This document shows, one piece after another, positions 15,281 through 28,200 of a stretch of DNA of 64,000 nucleotides; within the stretch, counting starts at the first letter, position 1; every line of letters starts with the position of its first letter. The DNA comes from the human T2T-CHM13v2.0 reference genome, Homo sapiens. The translations under genes were made by a program, and so were the position numbers. The stretch is taken from assembly GCF_009914755.1 (NCBI RefSeq), contig NC_060941.1, one strand, 5' to 3'. Under the pieces are notes generated by a model. It saw nothing but the letters and a program-made list of their open reading frames with translations, ran no database searches and was not told the origin of the DNA.

Positions 15281-17640
15281 TGATCCACCCGCCTCGGCCT
15301 CCCAACGTGCTGGGATTACAGGAGAGTTCTTCATCCACTCCAGCATCACCTCCATCCAACTAAAGGCAAAATCTTCTTAAACTTCCTAACTCCTATAACA
15401 CCCCACGTAGCAGGTACTCATTAAACATTGATTGATTGATCATGGTGGGACTTGAAAGAAGACTGAAGTCATCAAGAGATGGTTTGTGAGAAAAGAGAAT
15501 CTGAGATGGGTTTTCAAGCATTTAGTTGAGGAAACGGGAGCAGGGCTTCCAGGTAAGGAGAGCAACGTGTATTGGTAAACCAAGAACATCAGACTGAGTA
15601 GAGCAGGAAAACGTAGAAGCCACAGAGAAAAAGGCCTGGAACAACCAAGGCCAGATTACAGGCAACAGTGGAATGATTTGATTCAACACAAGTGCGCTTC
15701 TGGGAGCAGAATGGACTGAGGAGAGGTGAGGACGGGAGAGACCTGGGTCTCTGGGCCAAGCAGAGGCTTCTGCAACAATTCAGGCAAACGTGGGGTGACA
15801 AGGACGCTGACTGAGATGATGCTGAACCCCAACTGCTGGTTTGTTCAACTGGTACAGTTCACATTATTAAGTCGTAACAACTGTGAAGCTTATGTCTCTA
15901 CAGATACCATGTGACTCCCCCCCACCAAGTGTGTCCCTCTCATTTCATAATGTGACTCTAGGCTGGGTGCGGTAGCTCACGTGTGTAATCCCAGCGCTTT
16001 GTAAGGGAAAGGTGGGAGGATCACTTGAACTCGAGTTTGAGACCATCCTGGGCAACACAGCAAGACCTCATCTCTACTAAAAATCAAAAGAATTAGCCAA
16101 GCATGGTGGCGTGTGCCTATAGTCCCAGCTACTCAGGAGGCTGAGGTAGAAGACTTATTTGAGCACAGGGGTTCAAGGCTGCAGTGAGCTATGATCGCAC
16201 CCCTGCACTCCAGCCTAGACAACAGCGCGCGAGACTCTGTCTCAAAAACAAGTAACAAAAACAAAATGTAACTCTAAATGTAGCCTATTAAACTCAGCTT
16301 AGGTCATTTAAATTATCCAATACCCATATTAATACCTTCAAAGCAAACTAATTCCACTCTGGTTATAGCAAGTTGGGCATTTCTGGGCAAGTGGTTTGAC
16401 TGGAGTCAGGATGTCCTCTTTTTGTGAAATTATGGCAGTAGTGCCTGCTTTGCTAGAATACTTGGTAAACTAATTTAATGAATATCTGTAAAGTACTTTG
16501 AGCTCCTTGGAGAACACTTCCATATATAAAGAAGCCTTATGACCCGCCTGCAACTGCAGATTTTGCAAACGTGATCTTACTTTTTCTCTCTTTTGGGATA
16601 TGCTCCCCTTTAAACTGAAGCTCAACCTCCTGAAGGGGGTTTCTTACTAGGAAAAATCAGACAATTTGAGGAAATAGCTATCACCTCCAAGATCCCGGAA
16701 GCAGTACTAAATAAGAGACCTCAGAACAAGGCAATACTAGGTATCTCACCTATCCCATTACCAGTCCAATTTCTCTCTCCACTTAAAGGAGGCTTCCAGG
16801 TCTAGCCTACAGGAAAGTTCACTTATTAACCCTCAGGCAGAGTACTACCTGCTAACCAGGTTAACACACATTTCCTTCGTAGCACTGTAATTCACAGTGC
16901 AATGACAGCAATACGCTTCTATAACTACAGCTTCAGACTGTGCTCCTCAGCCTTACTCAGAATAGGCTATCAACACTGACTCGTTAGGATGTTCAAGGGG
17001 GTATATGTATGTGTGTGGGGGGGGAATTCCCGACACCGATTTCACCATGCTTCTGTGGTCACTGCAGGAAAAAGGTAGAGCTCTCTGTTCTCTGTCATCG
17101 CTCTCTTTGGAATATTATTCTCACTTCAAGCATTCTGCCTGAGCGAAGCCGTCACTTCTCCAACACATGGTCACAATTCTGAAGCTGCCAGGCGACTGAA
17201 CGCAGTCGGCAGCACCCACCACTACCGGAGACTCAGCCCCAATCCGAAGCTTCTCCCTTAGTCAGGGATTGGGGCGCTGGGTTCCTGGTGTCACCGCCGG
17301 GCGGCGACCCCACCACAATCTCCCCAAAGCGCCGAAGCATGTCAGCCCGAAGATCTTGGCTGTCGCCTTTCCCCGAGCCTGCGGTGCCCGACAGGAGCCC
17401 GAGTTCACGCCGCCGCGCGCCAGAGCAAGAGGACGCGCCGCAGCGAGGGAAGCGGGGGCCGGACTGGGGCCCGGCGCCCTGATAGGGAAGGGGCGTGATC
17501 GCAGGCTGCTCGCGGCGAGGGCGAGACCGGGCGTGGGCTGCCAAGAGGCGACGCCGTGGAGCCCGGGGAGGGGACGTGGGGGTGAAGACAGGGGCAGCCC
17601 AGCGGCTCGAGGGCAGGCAGAAACGGCCGCGGCTACTCAC

Positions 17641-17680
17641 TGAGCCAGGACTCCAGGCTTTCCCCTTCCGCCTCCGCCAT
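17641..17680 (-). CDS. GGA3: GGA3 coding exon 1 (MAEAEGESLESWL, phase 1)
   Basis: ATG at 17680-17678 in a CpG island; donor A|gtgagt at 17641/17640. Joined to exons 2-4 it gives MAEAEGESLESWLNKATNPSNRQEDWEYIIGFCDQINKELEGPQIAVRLLAHKIQSPQEWEALQALTVLEACMKNCGRRFHNEVGKFRFLNELIKVVSPK, the VHS domain of GGA3. Confidence 0.95.
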
Positions 17681-17735
17681 ATTGCAGCCGCCCGGCCCCG
17701 CGGCTTCAAAACTCGCGAGAGTCTGCACGAGCTGA

Positions 17736-18077
<342 letters not shown>

Positions 18078-18587
18078 TGAGAGGGTGGCGAGCAGCGGGG
18101 GGGGCGCTGCGAGGAAGGAAGGGGGCCACAGGCAGGCCGCGTGGGCCCCTAGAGAGAGCATTGCCCTGGGGGCCGGAGTATCTGGATTCAAGCTTCTAAG
18201 TTAGCTGCGTGACCCTGCGCCAATCCGAAGGTTTAGTGACTACCTCTCGCCTAAGGAGTCTGGCTGATCTAGGGTTCTAACGCGGAGCTGAAAGTGCGGT
18301 TCAGCTAAAGAGCTCAGATCTGGGATCGCCTGTGAATTGGGATGGGTGTGTAGGCGCCAAGCCCATCCTTACCGTTAGCACTTGACCAGGAGGAGACTTT
18401 ACCCGCCTGCTTGGGGAATGTCCTCCTACTTGGGACAAGGGCCTGAATTGTTGTGGCTCAGGTTTAGCTCGCGGTCTCCGCGCCGCTCTCCCTCGTCGGC
18501 GCGTTGGCAGTCATGCCTATTGTTAAGTCAAACCTACTCGCTTGTGGAGTCAGCTTTTGCCTGCCTCCTCCTTTCCCCCCCTCCCAG

Positions 18588-18779
18588 GCTAACTCAGGTG
18601 AGATGGAGCCGCTATAGTCCTGAATTCAAGGATCCCTTGATTGACAAGGAATATTATCGCAAGCCAGTGGAGGAGCTAACTGAGGAGGAGAAATATGTTC
18701 GGGAGCTCAAGAAGACTCAGCTCATCAAAGCTGCTCCAGCAGGGAAAACAAGTTCTGTGTTTGAAGACCCAGTCATCAG
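18588..18779 (+). CDS. MRPS7: MRPS7 coding exon 2
   Basis: 192 nt; ctcccag| acceptor and AG|gttaga donor; encodes [26 protein letters not shown]...SSVFEDPVI. Confidence 0.95.
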
Positions 18780-18892
18780 GTTAGATGGAAACAAACACTT
18801 GTTACATGGACTGGGACTATCCCAGGGAGGGTTTCTGGTGAGGATTCTGTGATACAGCCTTGGAGAGCTAAACGTGTTGCTTTTCTCTTTGA

Positions 18893-19006
<114 letters not shown>

Positions 19007-19430
19007 TAGCCTTGTACTTGGTACTTTCAGTGTAGCTTAAGAGCAAATGGATTCATGTATCTATTATTCAGATTAACTTCCCTGCATGTGTACGGGCTTT
19101 AATGAAGCCCTGTAAGAGTCAGCAACTGCCATTCCTTGGTGTTTCGGAAGTAAACACACAATTAAAAAAAAAGGAACAAATAAAAAATAAAACAACTGCC
19201 ATTCCCCACCTCACCCCCCACCCCCTCCATGCCACAAATCTCAATCCACTCTTTCTGTCCTAGTCTAGCAAAGGGGGAGGCACTTAAAAACTTTGTTTTG
19301 GATGTGCTGTGAGAGGAGCTGCATTGCCAGCGCAGAACCAGAGGATGGGAGTAAAGGGCAAGGTACTAGCTTGGCTGGGTAAACCCTTTAGGGAGCCTGG
19401 GGCAGCCTCTTCCACCATATTCTTTTGCAG

Positions 19431-19598
19431 ACTCTGGAAGCTGTGAAAAGGAAGCAGTTTGAGAAGTACCATGCCGCTTCTGCAGAGGAACAGGCAACCA
19501 TCGAACGCAACCCCTACACCATCTTCCATCAAGCACTGAAAAACTGTGAGCCTATGATTGGGCTGGTACCCATCCTCAAGGGAGGCCGTTTCTACCAG
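19431..19598 (+). CDS. MRPS7: MRPS7 coding exon 4
   Basis: 168 nt; tcttttgcag| acceptor and CAG|gtgaat donor; TLEAVKRKQ...[15 protein letters not shown]...KGGRFYQ includes the uS7 beta-hairpin GGxxYQVP. Confidence 0.95.
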
Positions 19599-20105
19599 GT
19601 GAATGAATGGCCAGGGCAAGAAAGCAGGGCCCTCCACATGTGAAACAAGATAGGTGGTGCTTGGGAGTTGGGTCAAGATTGATAGCTTTCTAGCTGGTGC
19701 AGTGGGATTGCACCTGTAATCTCAGCACTTTGGGAGCCTAATGCAGGATAGCTTGAGCTCAGGAGTTAAGAGACAGCAGGGCAACATAGGGAGATCCCGT
19801 CTCTACAAAAAAAACAAAAAAATTAGCCAGGTGTGGTGGTGTGCATCTGTGCTCCCAACTACTCAGGAGGCTGAGGTAGGAGGATCACTTGAGTCCAGGA
19901 GGTCAAGGCTGCAGTGAGTTATGATTACGCCCCTGCATTCCAGCCTGGGCAAGAGAGAGAAACCTTGTCTCAGAAAAAAAAAAAAAAAAAAACGGCTGGG
20001 CACGGTGGCTCACACCTGTAATCCCAGCACTTTGGGAGGCCGAGGTGGATGGATTACCTGAGGTGGGGAGTTCGAGATCAACAAGGAGAAACCCTGTTTC
20101 TACTA

Positions 20106-20366
<261 letters not shown>

Positions 20367-21103
20367 CTAAGTGACATCTGGGAGCCCACCTCCCTTCGCC
20401 TTCTTCTGTCAAGCATCCTGTGTGTCCTAACCTGTAAAATTCTCATGGCGAGGGACTATTCATATCCTGTCTTTGTATGCCAGTGTTTGGCATAGTGCTT
20501 GACCGATAACTGATGCTTCATCAGTGTTTGCTGAACAGTACTAGGTATCTCTTTCATAGCATTTAATTATATTTTATTGTCCTGAGTTTTCTTGTGTTCT
20601 CCTTTTTCAATATCAACTCCATGGGGTAGGGACTTCATTATTGTCTGCACTCTCGTGTCTGGCATGGTACTGACGCATAGTGAGGGCCTGACAAATGATT
20701 TTTGGACACGGGGTCTTGTTTTTGGTTTTCTTTAACTGTTTGTATAGGGTCTTTTTGTTTTTAACTTTTTTTTTTTTTTTTGAGATGGAGTTTCGCTTTT
20801 GTTGCCCAGACTGGAGTGCAGTGCCGTAATCTCAGCTCTCGGCTCACTGCAGCCTCCGCCTCCCGGGTTCAAGAGATTCTCCTGTCTCAGTCCCTGCCCA
20901 CCCCAAGTAGCTGGGATTACAGGTGGCCGCCACCATGCCCAGCTAATTTTTTTGTATTTTTAGTAGAGACAGGGTTTTGCTGTGTCTGAAGACTGAAGGG
21001 GTCTTGTTTTTAGGTACCTATGGTCTGAGGTGGATTAGTCACCCCAGCTAATGGGGCTTTTCCTATTTGGTTCTTATAACAACTTGGTAGGACTACCATT
21101 TAG

Positions 21104-21367
<264 letters not shown>

Positions 21368-21599
21368 TAATCCACCTGCCTCAGCCTCCCAAAGTGCTGG
21401 AATTACAGGCGTGAACCATCGTGCCTGGCCTTCTTTTTTTTTTAATATATGGAGACAGGGTCTTGTTATATTGACGAGGCTGGTCTTGAACTCCTGGGCT
21501 CAAGCGATCCTCCTGCCTCAGCCTCCCAAAGTGCTGGGATTACAGGTGTGAACCACAGTGCCGGGAGAGGCCAGTGCTTAATTAGTATTTGCTGAATGA

Positions 21600-22016
<417 letters not shown>

Positions 22017-22338
22017 AGTCTCCAGGAGGAGCCCAGGGCCCTCTGCCGCAAGAAACAGTGTGAGCTACTGCCACGCTGAAAACTACCTGTGGGTTAAGGA
22101 TGTAGTTCCTTTGTAAGGGTGGGCAGGCCTCGTAAGAAAGATGTAGCAGCATATTCACTATCCGTTAATCCTTCTTTCTTTGAGGCTGGAACTTGCTCTC
22201 TCTGCCCCTATTTCCTTGTAAAGAGGGAGCACATTGACTTGGGAATTTCCTCCAGGAAACTCAGGGCTGTTTTCTCTTCCCTTAGGTTGGGGCGGACCTT
22301 TGGACATATAAAGGAAGCAGTTTTAGTATCAGAAAAGA

Positions 22339-22344
22339 TTTATT
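22339..22344 (-). terminator. MIF4GD polyadenylation signal AATAAA
   Basis: TTTATT on the plus strand, about 490 nt past the MIF4GD stop; first canonical hexamer after the stop. Confidence 0.7.
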
Positions 22345-22445
22345 AGAAAATTCTCACGCTGAACTGGTGTAGCATGTGGTGCAGCATTCAGTGAAACTGG
22401 CTGGAGGAAATAGGCTTGTTTCCAGAGTTGTCCTTATACAAAATG

Positions 22446-22451
22446 TATAAA
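22446..22451 (+). terminator. Candidate MRPS7 polyadenylation signal (TATAAA variant)
   Basis: No AATAAA follows the MRPS7 stop in this interval. TGTATAAA combines UGUA with TATAAA and is followed by a GU-rich tract (gtttctggtgtgacttgtgct). Confidence 0.45.
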
Positions 22452-22832
22452 AAGCAGTTTCTGGTGTGACTTGTGCTCTGCCTCCACCCCTTGACATCCC
22501 AAAATATCCCACCAGTGGCTATGCTTACCCATTTTACAGATGGGTAAACTGAGGCACCAAGGTAGTAGTTGCACTAATGGTTACACAGTGCAGTGGCTCT
22601 TGGGAGTTGCCCTTCTCTGCCTGGCCGTGGTGGGTTGTGGTGGGGAAAGGGGCTCAGGGCAGGACCACGGCATAAGTGGGAAACATCTCACCAGGAGATG
22701 GGAAAGTCTAGAAGGGAAGACACTCAAAGTCTGGAAGGGAAAAGTCTTTGGGTGAGGCAGAGACTCCACTGCCAGCTTTAGAGGTGGGTAGAAGAAAGGC
22801 CAGTGCTGGTGAGGAAGCCCTGATCTGGAGGC

Positions 22833-23060
22833 CTAGTCGGAGACTTCGCTGTAGTAATACTTGTGGGCAGCTGGCGTTGTCTTCCAGCCGGCCGCCCGGA
22901 ACTCAATGATCTCCAGCAGCAGCAGCTGGGCCAGGGAGCTGAGGCCAGTTGGGAGCAGGAAGCCATCCCGGATCAGCACAAAGAGCTCATCCATGCGCTG
23001 CCCATTCATTTTCTCCAGCTGCTCCCCAACCCGGTGCAGCTGCAGCACCAAACAGTCCAC
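22833..23060 (-). CDS. MIF4GD: MIF4GD last coding exon
   Basis: 228 nt; VDCLVLQLHRVGEQLEK...LLLLEIIEFRAAGW...YYYSEVSD then TAG; contains the MIF4G C-terminal 'LxxxIELRxxxW'-type motif. Confidence 0.95.
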   Translation of the reverse strand: MDCLVLQLHRVGEQLEKMNGQRMDELFVLIRDGFLLPTGLSSLAQLLLLEIIEFRAAGWKTTPAAHKYYYSEVSD

Positions 23061-23643
23061 CTGCAGGCGACAGTGTGGGTAACACAAGTGAACTGGGGCA
23101 GTGCCAGCCTCTCACACAGCATTTGCCAAGTGCCAGGTGCTGTGCTTTGCCTTTACACTCATTCCCTTGCTCCCTCCTTACCATCCAGTGGGTACTTCCA
23201 CATCTTACACAGAAAGAAATGAGTTCCGGGACTTGCCTGAGGTCCCTCATCTGGCCAGGCTCCACTCAAGCCTGTCTCCAAACCACTTCTTCAAACCACT
23301 TCTTCATCCCACTCTCCTGCCTCCCACACACTGCCTGACCCTGGTTTGGCTTTGGGGCCGTCTGTACCCACAGCTAGCCATGGCTTGCACAGCTGCCATC
23401 ATACGTTGGCTTTCTGACTGAGAAGGAAGCTACTGAGCCAGTAGGTTTTGGCTGCTCTCTATTGGATAAACTCCAGACCTGGCAGCTTGTCCTATAACTG
23501 ACAGGCCTTAAACACCCCCACAGTCCTGCCCCAGAAGTGACACAGTCCTCAGAGACCTCCGTGAGCAGTGGGCTGACACACGGCTGAGCTGGACTGTCCA
23601 TCCTGCAGCCTTCTGTGCTTGTGCCAGGGCTGGGGCCACCCAC

Positions 23644-23736
23644 CTCCTCCTCCTTGCTCAAACTGTCTGGCTGGGCCAGCCGGAAGAGGCAGTCATAGAC
23701 AGGGTTCACCAGGGCCATCATGGGCATGTTGTTCAC
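23644..23736 (-). CDS. MIF4GD: MIF4GD coding exon (VNNMPMMALVNPVYDCLFRLAQPDSLSKEEE)
   Basis: 93 nt; ctcacag| acceptor and GAG|gtgggt donor. Confidence 0.93.
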
Positions 23737-23851
23737 CTGTGAGGAAGAGGAGGGGTCAGAGCACCAGGCTTAGTGGCCAAGGGGAGCAGTCCAACCTGGG
23801 CCTCAGGAAACAGGCCATGTCTGCCTCCCAGGGTGGCTGCCGGGGCCTCAC

Positions 23852-24007
23852 CCTCAGGTAGTCAAAGATGTTGCAGATAAAGGTGACATAGCAGACCCAG
23901 CCCTGCAGGGAGCGTGCTCGCAGCTGCTCCCGAGCCTGGTACTCCTGCTGCAGCCGGTTGAGGAGTCCACGTCGGAAGACACTCTGGCCTGCTTGTTTAC
24001 TCTCTGC
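23852..24007 (-). CDS. MIF4GD: MIF4GD coding exon (AESKQAGQSVFRRGLLNRLQQEY...FICNIFDYLR)
   Basis: 156 nt; cacag| acceptor and AGG|gtgagg donor; contains the MIF4G 'FRxxLLNRxQxE' motif. Confidence 0.95.
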
Positions 24008-24188
24008 CTGTGAGCCAGGGAGAGGAAGGTGAAGGGTGGGGGGCGGTGCCCCTGTAACCCCACCCATCCTATGCCTCTCTCTCTCTTTGAGCTAGACCCT
24101 GTGCATCTCTGTCCTGCAGGCCAGGCCTTCTGCCCACTCCTGAAGCACCTTCCTCAAAGCAGCTTCCTTTCCTCTCCCAACCCCCAAC

Positions 24189-24298
24189 CTGAATGATGGC
24201 GTAGCACATGCGTCCTGCTTCCTTGCTGAACACACAGTCCTGCAGAGAATGGTCCACAATCACATTGGCCACTTTCTCCAAGTCCACAGCACCCGGAT
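24189..24298 (-). CDS. MIF4GD: MIF4GD coding exon (DPGAVDLEKVANVIVDHSLQDCVFSKEAGRMCYAIIQ)
   Basis: 110 nt; ccctag| acceptor and CAG|gttggg donor. Confidence 0.93.
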
Positions 24299-24440
24299 CT
24301 AGGGGTAGAGATAGGAGGGGAGTCTAGAGCTGCTGCTTTATCACATTTGTGTCCACCCGCTTCTAAGAATTTGAGATATTTACAGTAGAGCACTCATATG
24401 CTTGAAGTGAAAGAGATCAGAAATCATACAGAGGACAGTG

Positions 24441-24478
24441 GCTCCAGTGGTGCAATTGGTTAGCGCATGGTACTTATA
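24441..24478 (+). pseudogene. Tailless retrocopy of the 5' half (5' exon) of tRNA-Ile(UAU)
   Basis: GCTCCAGTGGTGCAATTGGTTAGCGCATGGTACTTATA versus the recalled tRNA-Ile-TAT GCTCCAGTGGCGCAATCGGTTAGCGCGCGGTACTTATA: four CpG-type transitions. It ends just after the anticodon and is flanked by a target-site duplication. Confidence 0.85.
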
Positions 24479-24653
24479 AGAAATCATGGCCGGGCGCAGT
24501 GGCTCATGCCTGTAATCCCAACGCTTTGGGAGACCAAGGTGGTTGGATCACCTGGGGTCAGGAGTTTGAGACCAGCCTGGCTAACATGGTGAAACCCCAT
24601 CTCTACCAAAAATACAAAAATTAGCCAGGTGTGGTGGCTCGTGCGTCATCTCA

Positions 24654-25210
<557 letters not shown>

Positions 25211-25452
25211 TTATGTGGCTAGTAGGGACCAATCAAAGTAAGAATGTAGTTTCTCAGGAAACACATCTTTTCCTGGCACTAGGTTGAGGAAGGAATACTG
25301 ACCAGGACATGCCTCCAACAGCAATTTCACAAGAAAAAGTGTTCTTATACTACACACATGCAAACCCCCAACAAGAGAGGGCCACATAGGGCCTCCCAAC
25401 AGGCTCGGCTTGACACATGATGGGTGTTGCTAATTATTAGTTGAAGACAAAC

Positions 25453-25554
25453 CTCTGTACTGCGTGTTACAGCGGGAAGGCATCAGGCGAGAGCAATTAC
25501 TATAGCTCCTCTGGCAAACGGAATATTCTCCATCTTCTGTCTCAAAGCAGGCAA
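25453..25554 (-). CDS. MIF4GD: MIF4GD alternative cassette exon (34 aa, VACFETEDGEYSVCQRSYSNCSRLMPSRCNTQYR)
   Basis: 102 nt, phase 1-1, stop-free in the MIF4GD frame; gcacag| acceptor and GAG|gtttgt donor. It matches my recollection of the longer MIF4GD isoform. Confidence 0.75.
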
Positions 25555-26199
25555 CTGTGCATTCAAGAGACGGGGCTATGGCAGCACAGAAACCAGCAAT
25601 TCAAATGTAAGCGCTTCAAGGGCAGGAGCCGTGTTCTTTTTTTTATGGTTAAACTTTTTTTTTTTTTTTTTGAGACAGGGTCTCGCTCTGTAGCCAGGCT
25701 GGAGTGCAGTGGCAGGATCATGGCTCATGGCACCCTCACCCTCCCAGGCTCAATCAATCCTCCCACCTCAGCATCTTAAGTAGCTGGGACCACAGGTGCC
25801 TGCCACTATGCCCGGCTAATTTTTCTTTTCTTTTTTTTTTTTTTGTAGAGATGGGGTTTACACCATGTTTCCGGGACTGGTCTTGAACTCCTGGACTCAA
25901 GCAATCTGCCCACCTTGGCTTTCCAAAGTGCTGGAACTACAGACATGAGCCACTGCGCCTAGCCCTATGGTTAAACTTTTAAAACAGTCTTTACAGTCTG
26001 AGAGGTGACTGTGATTCATACTCCAAAATAATGGCCTCAATGTAGCTTGTCTTCCAGTTCAAGAATTACGTTGCCGACTCCTATCGTCAGAGAATGAGGG
26101 GAGGGGTGGAGGCATTCACCAGGCTCAGCCTCTGGTGCTGCCCACAGGGGCCCTTCTCTGTAGCTCCTGACCCCAGCTCAGGAGGGGTCCCGTGCTCAC

Positions 26200-26281
26200 C
26201 TTTGAGTGCTGTCTTCAGCAGCTGCTGGGTCTCTGCATCAAAGGACTGGATTTTATACTCCTCTCTACTGGGCTCCCCCAT
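26200..26281 (-). CDS. MIF4GD: MIF4GD (SLIP1, SLBP-interacting protein 1) first coding exon; whole exon about 26200-26331
   Basis: GTCATGG start; MGEPSREEYKIQSFDAETQQLLKTALK; donor G|gtgagc; acceptor ctcag| at 26332. The five constitutive coding exons total 669 nt = 222 aa plus stop. Confidence 0.93.
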
Positions 26282-26339
26282 GACTAGCCAGCCCCGGTAG
26301 CTCTTGACTGGGCTGGGAATAAGGACAGCACCTGAGGAG

Positions 26340-28200
26340 AAGAGGCGAAGGGAGCGGCCTCAGGTGTGGAGCGCAGGGCGGGTTCCGTCCTGCAGGCCCT
26401 GGACGGGGCTGACGGCGCGCTCGGGACAGGGACTCCTGGGCGGTCCGTGGCGTGCGGTGGTTGGCTGAAGGCCCACCAGGCTTGGCTTCTGGTGGGGACT
26501 GGGCATCAGCCAGGCACCTGCTGCTCAGTTTAGAAATCCCTCGCTTGTGGGATTACACAAGAGCGAGAAGCTGAAGCAGGAAAGCGCCCACCCTCCAGTC
26601 CCAGCAGGAGGCAGGAGTAGACTGGGGCAGGGTGTGTGCGGGCGGACGTTACAGTTGCTTAAATAAACCGGCCTGACGTTGCTGGCCCAGGAAGATGCCG
26701 GGTGAGGGCCAGGCTGGGAACTCCAAGCGGTGCGACTCTGTCCCCAGCAGGTCTCCGAGCCCCTCTCCCCAACCCTCTCTTTCTGGCTTTCGCCGAGTCC
26801 TTCGGTCTCAACACCCGCCGCTGCATCCCCCGGATGGGGCCGGCCTGCGTGGGTGGGGACGCAGGCGCCCTGTCCGCCGCCCCTGCCGGGAGCAGCCTGA
26901 ACTCCCCAGACCCGTGCCAGCTTCTCCCTGGGACAGGCTGGTCGGATCGGCTCCCGAGTGGCAGTAACCCGGCCCTACGCACTCGAGACTCCTAATTCCT
27001 GAGCTCCATTCTGGAGCCTTCCTCTTACTGGGGGGCAGGATGATGCGCCCCGGAGAGGTGGCTCCCGCCGGAGGCTCCCCTCTGGCCGTAGGAGGCGCCT
27101 TTAGGGTCTCCAGCCCTCGGCCGTTCCCCCCGCGCCCGGAACGCCCCTCCCGGAGGCACAGGGCGGGCTGCGGAGCCCACGGCCCAGGGTCCCGCGGGCG
27201 GGAGAGGCGGCGTGGGAGCCGGGACCCACCTGCCGGGCCGGTGGCGCGCGCGCGTGCCCGGGGCCGCTCGGCGCCTGGGAGCGCGCAACCAGCGTCCGGC
27301 GCTGCGGGGCCCGCCGTGAGCTCATCTCCTCGCGCGGCGCCGGGGAAGGGTCGGCTCGCCCGCGCCACCTGCCGGGCCCCCGGGGCACTGCCCTGGCCTC
27401 CAGGCCGCCCCGGAAGCCGCGCCGCCTGCGTGGGACCCTGCGACGCTGCCACCCAGCCGCAAGCGCAACTCGCTTGGCTCGTCACCCCTTCACCCGGTGC
27501 GCCTGGGCCGTGTCCGGGCCCATGCCGGACCCGCCGGCCCCTCGATCTTGCGCGTGGCCCCGCACCCAGCCCTCCCCGGAGCTCAGGTGCACTGGGCCGG
27601 GAGACACCGCTGGGCTGCGCGGCGTGGGAAGAGCCTGCAGAGCGCGTGGTGGGGACCTGGTGGCAGGAGGAACAGCATCAGCCCTGGTCGCACCACTTTC
27701 CCCGCTCCCCCAACCCAGGTAGAGAAGGCAGGGGCTGCAGGGCCGGGGCCAGCCACAACCCTCTCCCGCTCCAAGGAGGACATGGGCGAAGCGAGTTTCA
27801 GGTCATAGGGGCAGCCCCGAGAAAGGGGCCCCATTGGCAACTCGCGGCCGTCGGTTGTTGCGAATGCCCCTGAAGTGGCGCGGACCCCACCGCCCGGCGT
27901 CTGCCCTGGGTGACAGGAGGGCACCTAGAAGTGGGGGAAGAACTGCCGCCGCTCCTGCCGCGCGACCGGGAGGAGCGCTGCCGGCGCTGCCCGCGTTCTC
28001 GCCTCCTTTTAAAAGAACCGCCAAAGTGGTCACCGAAAACGGAGGAGGAAGAGAACGCTCAGCTGCAGCAAAAGAAACCAATGGGCAGGAAAGATGAAGA
28101 GAAGAAACTTTAACGGAATTTCATAAAAAATGCATTCAGGCAGCTGCATCCTCGTGGCCCCCGCCGCAGCCTGGACCTTGGGAACCAGCAGCCCAGAGCC
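26340..28200. promoter_or_regulatory. CpG island / promoter of MIF4GD, probably with a divergent plus-strand lncRNA
   Basis: Very GC- and CpG-rich tract 5' of MIF4GD. The divergent transcript is from my recollection of the locus and is not demonstrable from sequence. Confidence 0.75.
27230..27320 (-). other. MIF4GD: Probable non-coding first exon of MIF4GD (5' end approximate)
   Basis: Strong donor CAG|gtgggt at 27230/27229 inside the CpG island upstream of the first coding exon. The TSS cannot be determined from sequence. Confidence 0.55.

Noticed and set aside
24441-24478. Functional tRNA-Ile gene
   Set aside because: Only the 5' half is present; there is no T arm, B box or 3' acceptor strand, and its CpGs have decayed.
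26659-28097. Long overlapping ORFs (277, 225 aa and others) in the MIF4GD CpG island, and 17233..17823 in the GGA3 island
   Set aside because: Stop-poor GC-rich DNA gives Arg/Pro/Gly/Ala ORFs in several frames; no domain is recognisable.
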